Assembly (NCBI GenBank): GCA_011389985.1
Contig: JAABTH010000001.1
Location: 4,158 to 68,157, forward strand
Reading direction: 5' to 3'
Origin: Bacillota bacterium
Lineage (GTDB): Bacteria; Bacillota; Dethiobacteria; DTU022
DNA: 64,000 nucleotides
The notes under the pieces were generated by a model, which worked only from the letters and a program-made list of their open reading frames with translations, did not search any database and was not told the DNA's origin. Positions within the stretch are counted from its first letter, which is position 1; each line of letters starts with the position of its first letter. Made by a program: the position numbers and the translations under genes. Positions 50,989 through 60,509 of this stretch are shown here, piece after piece.

Positions 50989-51807
50989 ATGGATAAGTTG
51001 ATCGTAACGGTTGCGCCAACAGGAAATGTGCCTACCAGGAAAACAAATCCTTACCTGCCGGTAACTCCCGAAGAGATTGCAGAGGATCTATACCGCTGTT
51101 ACAAAGCCGGTGCATCTGTTGCCCATATTCATGCCCGGGATGAACAAGGTAAACCTTCAGCCGACCCGGATCTGTTTCAGGCAATTACAGAACTAATCCG
51201 TGAAAAATGCGACATCATTATTCAGTTATCTACCGGTGCGCGTGCCGGCAAAAGCGCTGATGAACGCAGCGCCTGCATAGCCCTAAAGCCTGAAATGGCC
51301 AGCCTTTCAACCGGATCAACAAATTTTGCCCGTTCGGTTAATTATAACCCGCCGGCGTTGATCAAAGAGCTTGCCGGGCGAATGGAGAATCATGGCGTTA
51401 AGCCTGAAATAGAGGTTTTCGATCTTTCAGCCCTTGAGTATGCCATCTATCTGGTCGAAAAAAAGATCCTGAAAGGGCCCATGCACATTAATCTTGTTCT
51501 GGGTGTGCCCGGATCTATCAGCGGAAGCCCCCGCAATTTATTTTTTCTGGTGGAAAGTTTGCCTGCCGGTTGCACGTGGTCTGTGACAAGCATAGGCAGT
51601 AGCCACCGGCAATTGAGTGCCCTTGCTCTTATTCTGGGCGGGCATGTTCGCACCGGTCTTGAAGATGTTCTGGAACTGGAAGCCGGAAAGCCTGCTTCAA
51701 ATCTTAAACTGGTTGAAAGAATCGTTGCTTTGGCCCGTTTTTACGGTCGTGAGCCTGCTACACCGGCAGAGGCCCGCTCTATTCTCGGTTTACCTGCACT
51801 TTTCTGA
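50989..51807 (+). CDS. 3-keto-5-aminohexanoate cleavage enzyme family (BKACE/DUF849)
   Basis: IVTVAPTG, AHIHARD, STG, KPEIE, HVRTGLED. Confidence 0.9.
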   Translation: MDKLIVTVAPTGNVPTRKTNPYLPVTPEEIAEDLYRCYKAGASVAHIHARDEQGKPSADPDLFQAITELIREKCDIIIQLSTGARAGKSADERSACIALKPEMASLSTGSTNFARSVNYNPPALIKELAGRMENHGVKPEIEVFDLSALEYAIYLVEKKILKGPMHINLVLGVPGSISGSPRNLFFLVESLPAGCTWSVTSIGSSHRQLSALALILGGHVRTGLEDVLELEAGKPASNLKLVERIVALARFYGREPATPAEARSILGLPALF

Positions 51808-51833
51808 GATTTCCAAGAATTCCTGAGATATTG

Positions 51834-51863
51834 TTGACACAACAGGCACTGGTAAGATAATAT
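51834..51863 (+). promoter_or_regulatory. Probable sigmaA promoter of the aminotransferase operon
   Basis: TTGACA at 51834; candidate -10 GATAAT/TAATAT 16-18 nt downstream. Confidence 0.55.
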
Positions 51864-51910
51864 TGGTATTAAGAAAAGCAGAATTAGTAACATTTTTTAA
51901 ACCTGCTGCT

Positions 51911-51970
51911 CATAGCTAACAGATATGAGGGAGCACCGGGGTATTATCCCGCGTGCTCTTAATTTATTTT
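51911..51970 (+). promoter_or_regulatory. HutP-type antitermination leader A (NAG triad + intrinsic terminator)
   Basis: CATAG-CTAA-CAG-ATAT-GAG-G, then stem GAGCACCGGG/CCCGCGTGCTC and TTAATTTATTTT, 13 nt before the ATG. Confidence 0.75.
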
Positions 51971-51983
51971 CGGAGGGGAAAAG

Positions 51984-53087
51984 ATGCAAATAATCAGTAA
52001 GCGTGCGAACCTGGATACAATTAAGGCTTATGTGCCCGGTAAACCTGTTGAAGAGGTGGAACGTGAACTGGGTGTAAAAGTTGAAGCAAAACTGGCCTCT
52101 AATGAAAATACTCTGGGGCCTTCTCCCCTGGCCGTTCGAGCAATTATTGAATCAGCCGATCATGTGAACCTATATCCTGATGGAAGCTGTCACTATCTGC
52201 GCAATGCGTTGGCCAGTAAAATTGGAGTTGATCCCGGCCAGCTAATGGTCACGAATGGAGCTGACGAGGCTCTCTCACTGATTGCCCGCACTTACATTAA
52301 CCCCGGCGAAGAAACAGTAATGCCTGATCCAAGCTTTCCCCAATATGAATTTGCAACAAGGGTGATGGACGGCAAACCACAGGTGGTTCCTCTTAGAAAA
52401 GATTTCAGCTATGATTTAGATGCGATGCTTTCTGCAGTTAATGAACATACTCGCATATTCTATTTATGCAGCCCAAATAACCCGACAGGAACCATTCTGA
52501 CAAAACCTGAACTTGAGAAAGCGCTTGATCAATTACCCGGGAACGTTTTGGTTGTGCTTGATGAAGCCTATTATGAATATGTGACCGAACCTGATTATTT
52601 CAATGCGCTGGATTATATCAGGAGCGGATATCCTGTTATAGCGCTTCGAACATTCTCCAAGATTTATGGCCTGGCAGGCTTGCGGGTGGGCTACGCTATA
52701 GCTGACGAAATGATAATAAAAGATCTGAATTCCGTGCGTGAACCCTTCAATGTGAACCGTGTTGCCCAGGTTGCTGCAGCTGCTGCGCTCGAAGATGATC
52801 AGCACGTTACGAGGAGCCTTGAAACAGTTGAAAGAGGAAAAGAATTACTTTTCGGCGAGCTTAAGTCGCTTGGTTTTTACTGTTACCCCACTCAGACCAA
52901 CTTTATTTTTGTTGATTTCAGACAGCCAACAGATCAGCTCTTTCAGGAACTGCTTAGAAAAGGCATTATTATAAGACCGGGCGGTATCTATGGTTATCCT
53001 GAACATGCCCGGGTGACAATTGGTACGGATATGGAAAACAAAAAGTTCCTGGAGAAACTGAAAGAAATTGTGAGCGCAAAGGTTTGA
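51984..53087 (+). CDS. hisC: HisC-family PLP aminotransferase (probably catabolic histidine/aromatic aminotransferase)
   Basis: KLASNEN, CSPNNPTG, LDEAYYEY, RTFSKIYGLAGLRVG. Confidence 0.9.
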   Translation: MQIISKRANLDTIKAYVPGKPVEEVERELGVKVEAKLASNENTLGPSPLAVRAIIESADHVNLYPDGSCHYLRNALASKIGVDPGQLMVTNGADEALSLIARTYINPGEETVMPDPSFPQYEFATRVMDGKPQVVPLRKDFSYDLDAMLSAVNEHTRIFYLCSPNNPTGTILTKPELEKALDQLPGNVLVVLDEAYYEYVTEPDYFNALDYIRSGYPVIALRTFSKIYGLAGLRVGYAIADEMIIKDLNSVREPFNVNRVAQVAAAAALEDDQHVTRSLETVERGKELLFGELKSLGFYCYPTQTNFIFVDFRQPTDQLFQELLRKGIIIRPGGIYGYPEHARVTIGTDMENKKFLEKLKEIVSAKV

Positions 53088-53105
53088 GGAAGGTGAGATG
53101 TTAAG

Positions 53106-55127
53106 ATGCTCCATCCGTTATTCTATCCCCGGGCAGTCGCCGTTATCGGCTCTGCCGCTGAAGGTAAAATTGGCCATACCCTGATCAGCCAGCTGGTTGA
53201 AGGTGGTTTCAGCAACGTTTTTGCTGTAAACCCCAAATCACAGGGAGTCGGTACAGTACCCGGTTTTGAATCGGTAAGTGTTATTGGCAGCCCGGTAGAC
53301 CTGGCTGTTATAGCTTCACCTGCATCAACTGTCAGCGCAATTCTTGAAGATTGCGGAAAAGCCGGCGTTAAGGCGGCGATTGTAATTACTGCCGGATTTT
53401 CTGAAACCGGCAACATCGATGGCGAAATCGAGCTTAAAGCTATTGCAGACAGATATAAAATTCGCTTTGCCGGTCCTAACTGTGCAGGCATAATCAATAA
53501 CCACCACAATCTTTCTCTGACCCTTGAAACAGTACCGCCACTGGGCAAAACAGCCCTTGTTTCTCAAAGTGGCGCTCTTGGTGGTTTAATTCTCTCCTGG
53601 GCTGAAGAACAGGGCCTGGGGTTTTCAAAATTTATCAGCTACGGCAATGCTGCTGATATAAATGAGACAGATCTTCTGGAATATCTGATCAACGACAGCG
53701 AAACTGAAGTTGTGGCTTTATATGTGGAAAGTGTAAAAGACGGGCGTCGTTTTTATGAAGTTGCTTCCCGGTTAACAAAGACAAAACCGCTTGTCGTGAT
53801 CAAATCAGGACGAACTGAATCAGGCAGAAGGGCTGCTCAGTCGCATACCGGTTCAATGGCCGGCTCAGATGCTGTTTTTGACAGTGTGTTGCTTGATTGT
53901 GGCGCTATGAGAGTTTATAACGTGGAGGAAATGTTTGACCTCTGTAAGGGATTGACATCCCTCCCCCCCTTGAAAGGGAAGCGTCTAGCAGTTGTGACAA
54001 ATTCAGGAGGTCCAGGGGTGATGGCTGCAGACCATGCTGAATCTATCGGTTTGGATCTAGCCGAACCGGGCAAAAGACTCCGTGAAAAGCTTTCAGTTTT
54101 TCTGCCTCCCCAGTGTGCCCTGAAAAACCCTATTGATTTAACCGTTGAGGGAACTGAAGAAGGATACAGAAAAGCGCTTATGGCTGTACTGGAAGAATAT
54201 GATGCTGCTGTCGCAGTTTACGTGGGCACCCCCAGTCTTGCCTCGGGGCCGATTGCCGCAGGGGTATGCCAGGTAGCAATGGATACAGAAAAACCGGTTG
54301 TTCCCACTTTTATGGCGGGCAATACAGTAACAGAAGCATTAAAGCGTTTTAAGGAGTGCGGACTGCCAAATTATGCAACAGGAGAAAGGGCAGTTTCAGT
54401 GTTGGCTAAAATGGCGGAATATGAGAATGGAAAGCAGAAAGAGGCAGCCCTTTTAAAATATGACGGACCGGTGACAGGTCTGCCCGCCCGGGGACAATTG
54501 CTCGAGCCTGAAGCGATGACTTTGTTAAAGGAAAACGATCTGCCCGTGCCGCGGTTTTTATTTGCATTAAACCCGGATGATGCAGTTGGCGCTGCAGCGG
54601 AGATAGGCTATCCTGTTGTTATGAAAGTTGTTTCTCCTGATATCCTGCACAAGTCGGAATATGGCGGGGTAATAATAAATATTATGGGTGCTAAAGAGGT
54701 TGAGGCTGCTTTTGAAAAGATAGAAGATGGTGCAGCCGGGAAAGATTTTCGAGGCGTTGTAATTTATCCTATGATTAAAGATGCGAGGGAAGTAATACTG
54801 GGGCTCTATCGCGATCCGCAGTTTGGCCCGGTTGTTGCTTTCGGCATGGGCGGTATATACACGGAAATCATTGGAGATATTGCTTTAAGGCTTGCCCCGC
54901 TGACCCAAAAGAGAGCAGCCGGGATGATCAGGGAAATAAAAACTTTACCTTTGCTGGAAGGTATGCGCGGGCAGAAGGCAGTCAATTTCGATCTGCTCGA
55001 AAGAATGCTTGTCAGCTTTTCTTTATTACCCTTTAAGTATCCGGATATTACAGAAATGGATCTCAATCCTGTATTCCTGAAAGAGGATGATATATTTGTC
55101 GGGGATGTGCGGATAATCCGAGCCTGA
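53106..55127 (+). CDS. ADP-forming acyl-CoA synthetase (fused alpha-beta, ACD)
   Basis: GPNCAG, SQSGA, AAQSHTGS, TNSGGPG, HKSE.GGV, DPQFGP, DLNP. Confidence 0.92.
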   Translation: MLHPLFYPRAVAVIGSAAEGKIGHTLISQLVEGGFSNVFAVNPKSQGVGTVPGFESVSVIGSPVDLAVIASPASTVSAILEDCGKAGVKAAIVITAGFSETGNIDGEIELKAIADRYKIRFAGPNCAGIINNHHNLSLTLETVPPLGKTALVSQSGALGGLILSWAEEQGLGFSKFISYGNAADINETDLLEYLINDSETEVVALYVESVKDGRRFYEVASRLTKTKPLVVIKSGRTESGRRAAQSHTGSMAGSDAVFDSVLLDCGAMRVYNVEEMFDLCKGLTSLPPLKGKRLAVVTNSGGPGVMAADHAESIGLDLAEPGKRLREKLSVFLPPQCALKNPIDLTVEGTEEGYRKALMAVLEEYDAAVAVYVGTPSLASGPIAAGVCQVAMDTEKPVVPTFMAGNTVTEALKRFKECGLPNYATGERAVSVLAKMAEYENGKQKEAALLKYDGPVTGLPARGQLLEPEAMTLLKENDLPVPRFLFALNPDDAVGAAAEIGYPVVMKVVSPDILHKSEYGGVIINIMGAKEVEAAFEKIEDGAAGKDFRGVVIYPMIKDAREVILGLYRDPQFGPVVAFGMGGIYTEIIGDIALRLAPLTQKRAAGMIREIKTLPLLEGMRGQKAVNFDLLERMLVSFSLLPFKYPDITEMDLNPVFLKEDDIFVGDVRIIRA

Positions 55128-55140
55128 AAACCGGATATAT

Positions 55141-55169
55141 TTGACATTGATTTCAGCGGTATTTATAGT
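55141..55169 (+). promoter_or_regulatory. Internal sigmaA promoter for hutP
   Basis: TTGACA-N17-TATAGT. Confidence 0.7.
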
Positions 55170-55229
55170 AAAATAAAGTTGTGTTTAATTTCACAACAGC
55201 GTTTAAACCGCTCTCGGAGGATATAATAT

Positions 55230-55676
55230 TTGAGTACTTTAGGTAGTATTGCTATAGGTATCGCCATTGCCGAAGCTGGTGAAGAGGCAGAAACGTTAAT
55301 TAGCGAGGCGCGAAAACTGGGCTATAAGGCTATCCGCAGCCAGGTAGGTTCAATGTCAATGGATAAGGTTATTGCCGCTATTGAGACAGCTTCGCGCCGA
55401 GAAGGGATAATTTCCGACACATATCACCAGGAACATGCTCTTTACCATGCTATAATTGATGCTTTGCTCGGAGTTTGCCGGGGCCAGCTTGAATTGGGTA
55501 ACATTGTAAGGACCGTAGGGTTAAGCTATTCGGTGGTGTGTGGACCGATCAAGTCTGACTGCAACAGGGAAGAAAATTGGATCATGGTAGTTTTATACGG
55601 AACGATTGGAGCTCCGATTAAAGGTTTTGAGCATGAGGCAATTGGCCTCGGCACTTACCATATAGACACCAGATAA
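55230..55676 (+). CDS. hutP: HutP histidine-responsive RNA-binding antiterminator
   Basis: VGSM...AAIETA, EHALYHA, RTVGL, YGTIGAPIKGFEHE. Confidence 0.92.
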   Translation: MSTLGSIAIGIAIAEAGEEAETLISEARKLGYKAIRSQVGSMSMDKVIAAIETASRREGIISDTYHQEHALYHAIIDALLGVCRGQLELGNIVRTVGLSYSVVCGPIKSDCNREENWIMVVLYGTIGAPIKGFEHEAIGLGTYHIDTR

Positions 55677-55690
55677 AAGTCAGGCAATAT

Positions 55691-55804
55691 CAGATTGCAG
55701 GTGTCAGCCCGGCCTTGCAGTAACAAACCAAATAGTTAATGCTTTTTACAGGCACATTAGACAACAGACAAGAGAGTGTTCTAGATTCTGGCGCTCTTTT
55801 TTTG
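55691..55804 (+). promoter_or_regulatory. HutP-type antitermination leader B (two NAG triads + terminator)
   Basis: CAG-ATTG-CAG-GTGT-CAG (55691-55707) and TAG-ACAA-CAG-ACAA-GAG (55758-55774); the second overlaps stem AGAGTGTT/GGCGCTCT followed by a T-tract. Confidence 0.8.
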
Positions 55805-55843
55805 TTTAGAATTAATACAGAAAATTGTACAGGAGGTGCTGAT

Positions 55844-57721
55844 TTGAGCTTAAAATTTATATCCGGCAATGAAGCGATTGCGTACGGTTCACTCCGGGCC
55901 GGAGTTAAGGTTGTTTCAGGTTATCCCGGAACCCCTTCGTCAGAAGTAATTACAAGTTTGTTGAAGAATAAACCGGAAGGTGTATATGTTGAATGGAGCA
56001 GTAATGAAAAGGTAGCTTTTGAAATTGCAGCGGCTGCTTCCTGGGCGGGACAGCGTGCTTTATGCACCATGAAAATGTCCGGTCTGAACGTGGCCTATGA
56101 TTCACTGGCTTCTGTTGCTTATTCCGGCTGCAGCGGTGCTCTGGTAGTATATGTTGCTGATGATCCCGGTGTTAGTGCAGGGATGTGCGAGCAGGACTCA
56201 AGAGGTTTTGCCCTGATGTCGGATATGCCCATGCTTGAGCCTGCCTCGGTTGAAGAAGCTTACAGCTTAACCCGGTTTGCCTTTGAGCTGTCAGAGTCAA
56301 CCGGGACCCCTGTTTTTATCAGGATGGTAACGGCTACTGCTCTTTCATATGGTGGAATGGATCTAGAGGACCCTCCTGTGTTCCCGGAGCGCGAACCGAA
56401 ACTGATAAAAGATATTGCCAAGTATACAAAAGCCGGTTCAGCAATCTGCCTCGATCAGCACAGTGATGTAATTGAGCGCTTGAGTGAAGCAGGAGAGATC
56501 ATCAGGGGAAAAAAGATAAACAGGTTATCGCTTTCTCCTAAAGCCGGCGGCCTTGGCATTATTGTTGCCGGAGCTGTTTTCCCCTACCTGGAAGAAGGTT
56601 TAAGGCTGGTTGAAGAACATGGTTTCAAAATCGGTCCCGTTTCAACTTTAAAAGTGACAGCGACTGTGCCTTTTCCTGCTGAAGAGGTTAGAAGCTTAAT
56701 CAAGCATTGTTCATCCCTGCTTATTTTGGAAGAGCTCGAGCCCCACCTGGAAAAAGATCTTTATATCGAGGCTCATAAGTTTGGTTTTTCCGGAAAGATA
56801 ATCGGCAAACTTGACGGCACCCTGAGCCGAATTGGTGATTATTCCGCTGAACAAGTGGTTAAAGGGATCGCGGCAGCGTTTACTCTTAATTTACCCGCCG
56901 GTATTTTCGGAGATGAATATAAAGGTGAGAAACTTACTGCTTCAAGGCCTATTACCACCTGTGCCGGCTGCCCACACCGCGGAACATTCTTGGCAATCAA
57001 TAAAGCTATAAAAGAGCTTAAATTTAAAAAAGATGAAGTGGTGGTCACCGGTGACATCGGCTGCACCATTCTTGGCATGAACCCGCCATTTAACACGGTA
57101 TGGACAGAGATATCGATGGGTGCAAGCATCGGATTTGCCCAGGGCTATTATCACAGCGGGGTAAAAACCCCGGTTATCGCCACCATAGGTGATTCTACAT
57201 TTTTCCATGCAGGCATACCATCTCTGGTAAATGCTATTCAGCACCAGGTTCCATTAACGCTGATTATAATGGATAACGGCTGGACCAGTATGACCGGAAT
57301 GCAGGTCAGCCCGGGTACTGATGAAAAGTTTCAGCAGCCAGGCAATCAGCGTCTTGATCTGGCTAAAATATTGCCGGCTCTGGGTATCGATCATTTTAAA
57401 ATGATTAATCCATACGAACTTGAAGAGTCTACTGCGGCAATTCGCGAAGCGATGACTCTTCCCGGTGTAAAGGTAATTCTATCCCGCCAGGAATGTGCAA
57501 TTCAGGCTATGCGTCAGGGTAAACGTTACGGGAAAAGCACGGTTATTGAAGATAACTGTAATAAATGCAAGCTGTGCATTACTGTTACCGGCTGCCCGGC
57601 AATTTCTCTCGGAGAGGAATCGATCGTTATAGATCCGGCTTTATGCTATGGCTGCGGTCTTTGCAGCCAGGTGTGCAATCGCGAAGCGATTGAAAGGGGG
57701 CCTGTAAAAGATGTATTATGA
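55844..57721 (+). CDS. iorA: Indolepyruvate:ferredoxin oxidoreductase alpha subunit
   Basis: SGNEAIA, GYPGTPS, NEKVAFE, CAGCPHR, GDIGC, GDSTFFH, two C-terminal Fe-S motifs; AGGAGG + TTG start. Confidence 0.93.
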   Translation: MSLKFISGNEAIAYGSLRAGVKVVSGYPGTPSSEVITSLLKNKPEGVYVEWSSNEKVAFEIAAAASWAGQRALCTMKMSGLNVAYDSLASVAYSGCSGALVVYVADDPGVSAGMCEQDSRGFALMSDMPMLEPASVEEAYSLTRFAFELSESTGTPVFIRMVTATALSYGGMDLEDPPVFPEREPKLIKDIAKYTKAGSAICLDQHSDVIERLSEAGEIIRGKKINRLSLSPKAGGLGIIVAGAVFPYLEEGLRLVEEHGFKIGPVSTLKVTATVPFPAEEVRSLIKHCSSLLILEELEPHLEKDLYIEAHKFGFSGKIIGKLDGTLSRIGDYSAEQVVKGIAAAFTLNLPAGIFGDEYKGEKLTASRPITTCAGCPHRGTFLAINKAIKELKFKKDEVVVTGDIGCTILGMNPPFNTVWTEISMGASIGFAQGYYHSGVKTPVIATIGDSTFFHAGIPSLVNAIQHQVPLTLIIMDNGWTSMTGMQVSPGTDEKFQQPGNQRLDLAKILPALGIDHFKMINPYELEESTAAIREAMTLPGVKVILSRQECAIQAMRQGKRYGKSTVIEDNCNKCKLCITVTGCPAISLGEESIVIDPALCYGCGLCSQVCNREAIERGPVKDVL

Positions 57722-58307
57722 TATTTATCTGGTTGGCGTAGGCGGCCAGGGTATACTTACAATCGGTGAAATTATTGCCGAAGCGGCCTTAAAACTTGAT
57801 ATTCCTGCCAATTTTTACCCGACCAAGGGGATGGCTCAGCGGGGTGGTTTTGTTAAAGCTCAGCTGCGTCTGGGTAGTTACAATGTGGGTCCAAGTATCG
57901 CTGAAAAAGGAGCTAACCTGGTTATTGCCATGGAGCTTTCCGAATCGCTGAAAGCACTGCGTTACTTTAAACCGGATGGTGATTTTGCCCTTTACAGTTC
58001 GGTCTGGTCTCCTACGGCTGTAATGCTTGGAAAAGCGCCATATCCGGCAGTAGAAGAAGTTTTAGCAGAGATTAACAAAACAGGTGGAAGGACTATCCAC
58101 ATCAAACCTGAAGAAAGACCGCAATTTGAAGGACAGCCCGTCCCTGAAAATGTTTATGTTTTAGGAGCTGTATGTCGCCATTCTTCATTGGGCCGGTTTA
58201 TCGACCCTGAGGAAATCAGGGCTACCATAAAGACCAGGTGGAAAAAGGGAATAGAAAGAAATCTATATACTTTTGATGCCGGGTTTAATCTTAACAATCA
58301 AGATTAA
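57711..58307 (+). CDS. iorB: Indolepyruvate:ferredoxin oxidoreductase beta subunit
   Basis: GVGGQG, GMAQRGG. Confidence 0.92.
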   Translation: MYYDIYLVGVGGQGILTIGEIIAEAALKLDIPANFYPTKGMAQRGGFVKAQLRLGSYNVGPSIAEKGANLVIAMELSESLKALRYFKPDGDFALYSSVWSPTAVMLGKAPYPAVEEVLAEINKTGGRTIHIKPEERPQFEGQPVPENVYVLGAVCRHSSLGRFIDPEEIRATIKTRWKKGIERNLYTFDAGFNLNNQD

Positions 58308-58367
58308 TATGCGTCCTCTTATGATAAAATAGTAATAATTATTCATTGTGATGTTGATAATTCGGAG

Positions 58368-59810
58368 GTGTTCAAAATAACCGCGTATCGTTCAAATTAT
58401 AGTCAACAGTTATCCCCGAAGTTAAGCTGGTTCTGCGAAAGCCAGATCGAAGAGATTCACAGCGCTACAATTGATGTTCTTGAGAGAGTTGGTGTAAGGG
58501 TTGATCATGATCAAGCCCTCAGACTTTTAAAAGATGCAGGGTGTATAGTAAAAGACCGCGTGGCCAGAATTCCGGGCTGGCTCGTCGATGAAGCAATCAA
58601 ACTTGCTCCTTCAAAAGTCAATATTTACAGCCGTGAGGGCGAACCGGCGATGAGCCTGGAAAAGAATTGCACTTATTATGGCACTGGTTCAGATTTGCCC
58701 TTTCACCTTGATCTTGAAACGGGAGAAAGGCGGGGATCTGTTAAACAAGATATCATTAATGCTGCAGCTATTATGGAAAATCTTCCTAATTTTGATTTTG
58801 TGATGAGCTACGCCATACCAGGCGATGTAGAGGCTGCAAGAGGCTGCCTGCACCAATTTGCAGCGCTCACCCTACATACGGCCAAGCCAGTTATCTTTAC
58901 CGCTTTGAGTGAAGAGCACACCAGGACAATTATCGAAATGGCCGCTGCCGCGGCCGGTTCTTATGACAACCTGCGGGCTAAACCTTATATTATTATCTAC
59001 GATGAACCAATTTCACCCCTGGTCCATACTTATGATGGTATTGCTAAAATGTTTGCCTGCATAGAACATGGCATACCGGTTATTTATACACCCGGTGTTG
59101 TTGCCGGAGGAACCTGCCCGGTAACAAAGGCCGGCACAATTGTGCAGATGAACGCGGAATCTCTTTCCGGCCTTGTTATAGCCCAGCTTAAGCAAAAGGG
59201 CGCTGCCGTTATTATTGGCGGTGGGGCAACCCCGATGGATATGAAAACTACGGCGACGCTTTATGGCTCACCGGAGGCGGCGATGAACTATGCTGCTATG
59301 ACAGAGCTTGCTCAGTATTACAGGTTACCCAATTTCACTGAGGCGGGCTGCTGCAATGCTCCTGTGCCCGACGCCCAGGCCGGGATGGAAGCGGCAATTG
59401 GTCTTTTGCTTAACCAGCTGTGCGGCGCCAACCTGGTTCACGACGTGGGCTACCTTGATTGTGGAAAAACCGGATCACTGCCTTTCCTGGTAATGTGTGA
59501 TGATTTTATCAGCGCTGTTCGGTATATCGGGGCAGGAACCCCGATCAACAGCGATACAATCGGCGTCGATACCATTGTAGAGGTTGGCCCGGCAGGCCAT
59601 TATCTTGGTGAAGATCATACCATGAAACATTTTCGTAATGAGATCTGGATGCCTGCAGTATTTAACAGAATGATGTATGAAGTCTGGGAGCAGCTGGGCA
59701 GTAAAGACTGTTTGGATCTGGCCCGGGAAAAGGTAATCAATATTCTAAAGGATGAGCCGACTAATGAACTATCGCCGGCTATATCCAGGCAGATTATAAG
59801 CTTGTTGTAA
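58368..59810 (+). CDS. Trimethylamine methyltransferase (MttB) superfamily, pyrrolysine-free
   Basis: IEEIH.ATI.VLE.VG, PISPL, G.T.PVT.AG, GSPE, PDAQAG.E, G.NL.HD.G, GP.GHYL. Confidence 0.88.
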   Translation: MFKITAYRSNYSQQLSPKLSWFCESQIEEIHSATIDVLERVGVRVDHDQALRLLKDAGCIVKDRVARIPGWLVDEAIKLAPSKVNIYSREGEPAMSLEKNCTYYGTGSDLPFHLDLETGERRGSVKQDIINAAAIMENLPNFDFVMSYAIPGDVEAARGCLHQFAALTLHTAKPVIFTALSEEHTRTIIEMAAAAAGSYDNLRAKPYIIIYDEPISPLVHTYDGIAKMFACIEHGIPVIYTPGVVAGGTCPVTKAGTIVQMNAESLSGLVIAQLKQKGAAVIIGGGATPMDMKTTATLYGSPEAAMNYAAMTELAQYYRLPNFTEAGCCNAPVPDAQAGMEAAIGLLLNQLCGANLVHDVGYLDCGKTGSLPFLVMCDDFISAVRYIGAGTPINSDTIGVDTIVEVGPAGHYLGEDHTMKHFRNEIWMPAVFNRMMYEVWEQLGSKDCLDLAREKVINILKDEPTNELSPAISRQIISLL

Positions 59811-60509
59811 GAATTAAGGTGAACCTTAATAAGAGACTGAACAAGTGGATTACTTTTCGGGAAGATTTATTTCCCCTCTAAGAAGGAGATCCGGGTGGAT
59901 TAGAACCTGACGAACATGTACATCGCTAGCAGGATTATAATCCGACAGCATTCTCAAGACAAAAGAAGTATTGGAGGGTTTTTGGTATGCAACCATTTAC
60001 ACACAAGCAATCTTTCTTTGGATATGTTATGTTGGCGACATTTTTAACATTTTAATAGCACCTTGAGGACAAGAGTTAGAGCAAAGCCCACAGCCTATAC
60101 ATAAATCTTGGTTAAATGCAACTTCTTTCTAGAAATAATAATTAATCATGGCAAGAAAAAAATGAACATTTAGCTGCTCAAATTAACAACCCTATGCTAT
60201 AGGCTGCTACATACACATTAAGATTTAACTGTATTTAATGGAGCAATGCATTCTTTTGAAAGGGAATATGAGGAACGCCTGAGTCAAGCGAAGAGAATCA
60301 TACAATTATTCACAAGATTATTCAACGCAATTATTGAAACATAAGCATTATTGTTAACTATACAAGCAAAATAGATTTAACTATGCCTGACCGTATCAAG
60401 GATAAAAGTTATGCAAATCGTATAAATGTTATGCATTTTCGGATAGCCCCTACCACTATTAATGATATAGAGTTTAAAATATTAGTGATGCATAAATTTT
60501 ATGCGAATA

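Noticed and set aside
58368-59810. Pyrrolysine or selenocysteine recoding
   Set aside because: MttB has no in-frame TAG; the in-frame stops elsewhere (2785, 5368) lie in decayed genes with no recoding context.
59885-59950. tRNA-like fragment on the minus strand (GGTTCTAATCC)
   Set aside because: The T-stem does not pair beyond 2 bp and no cloverleaf can be drawn.
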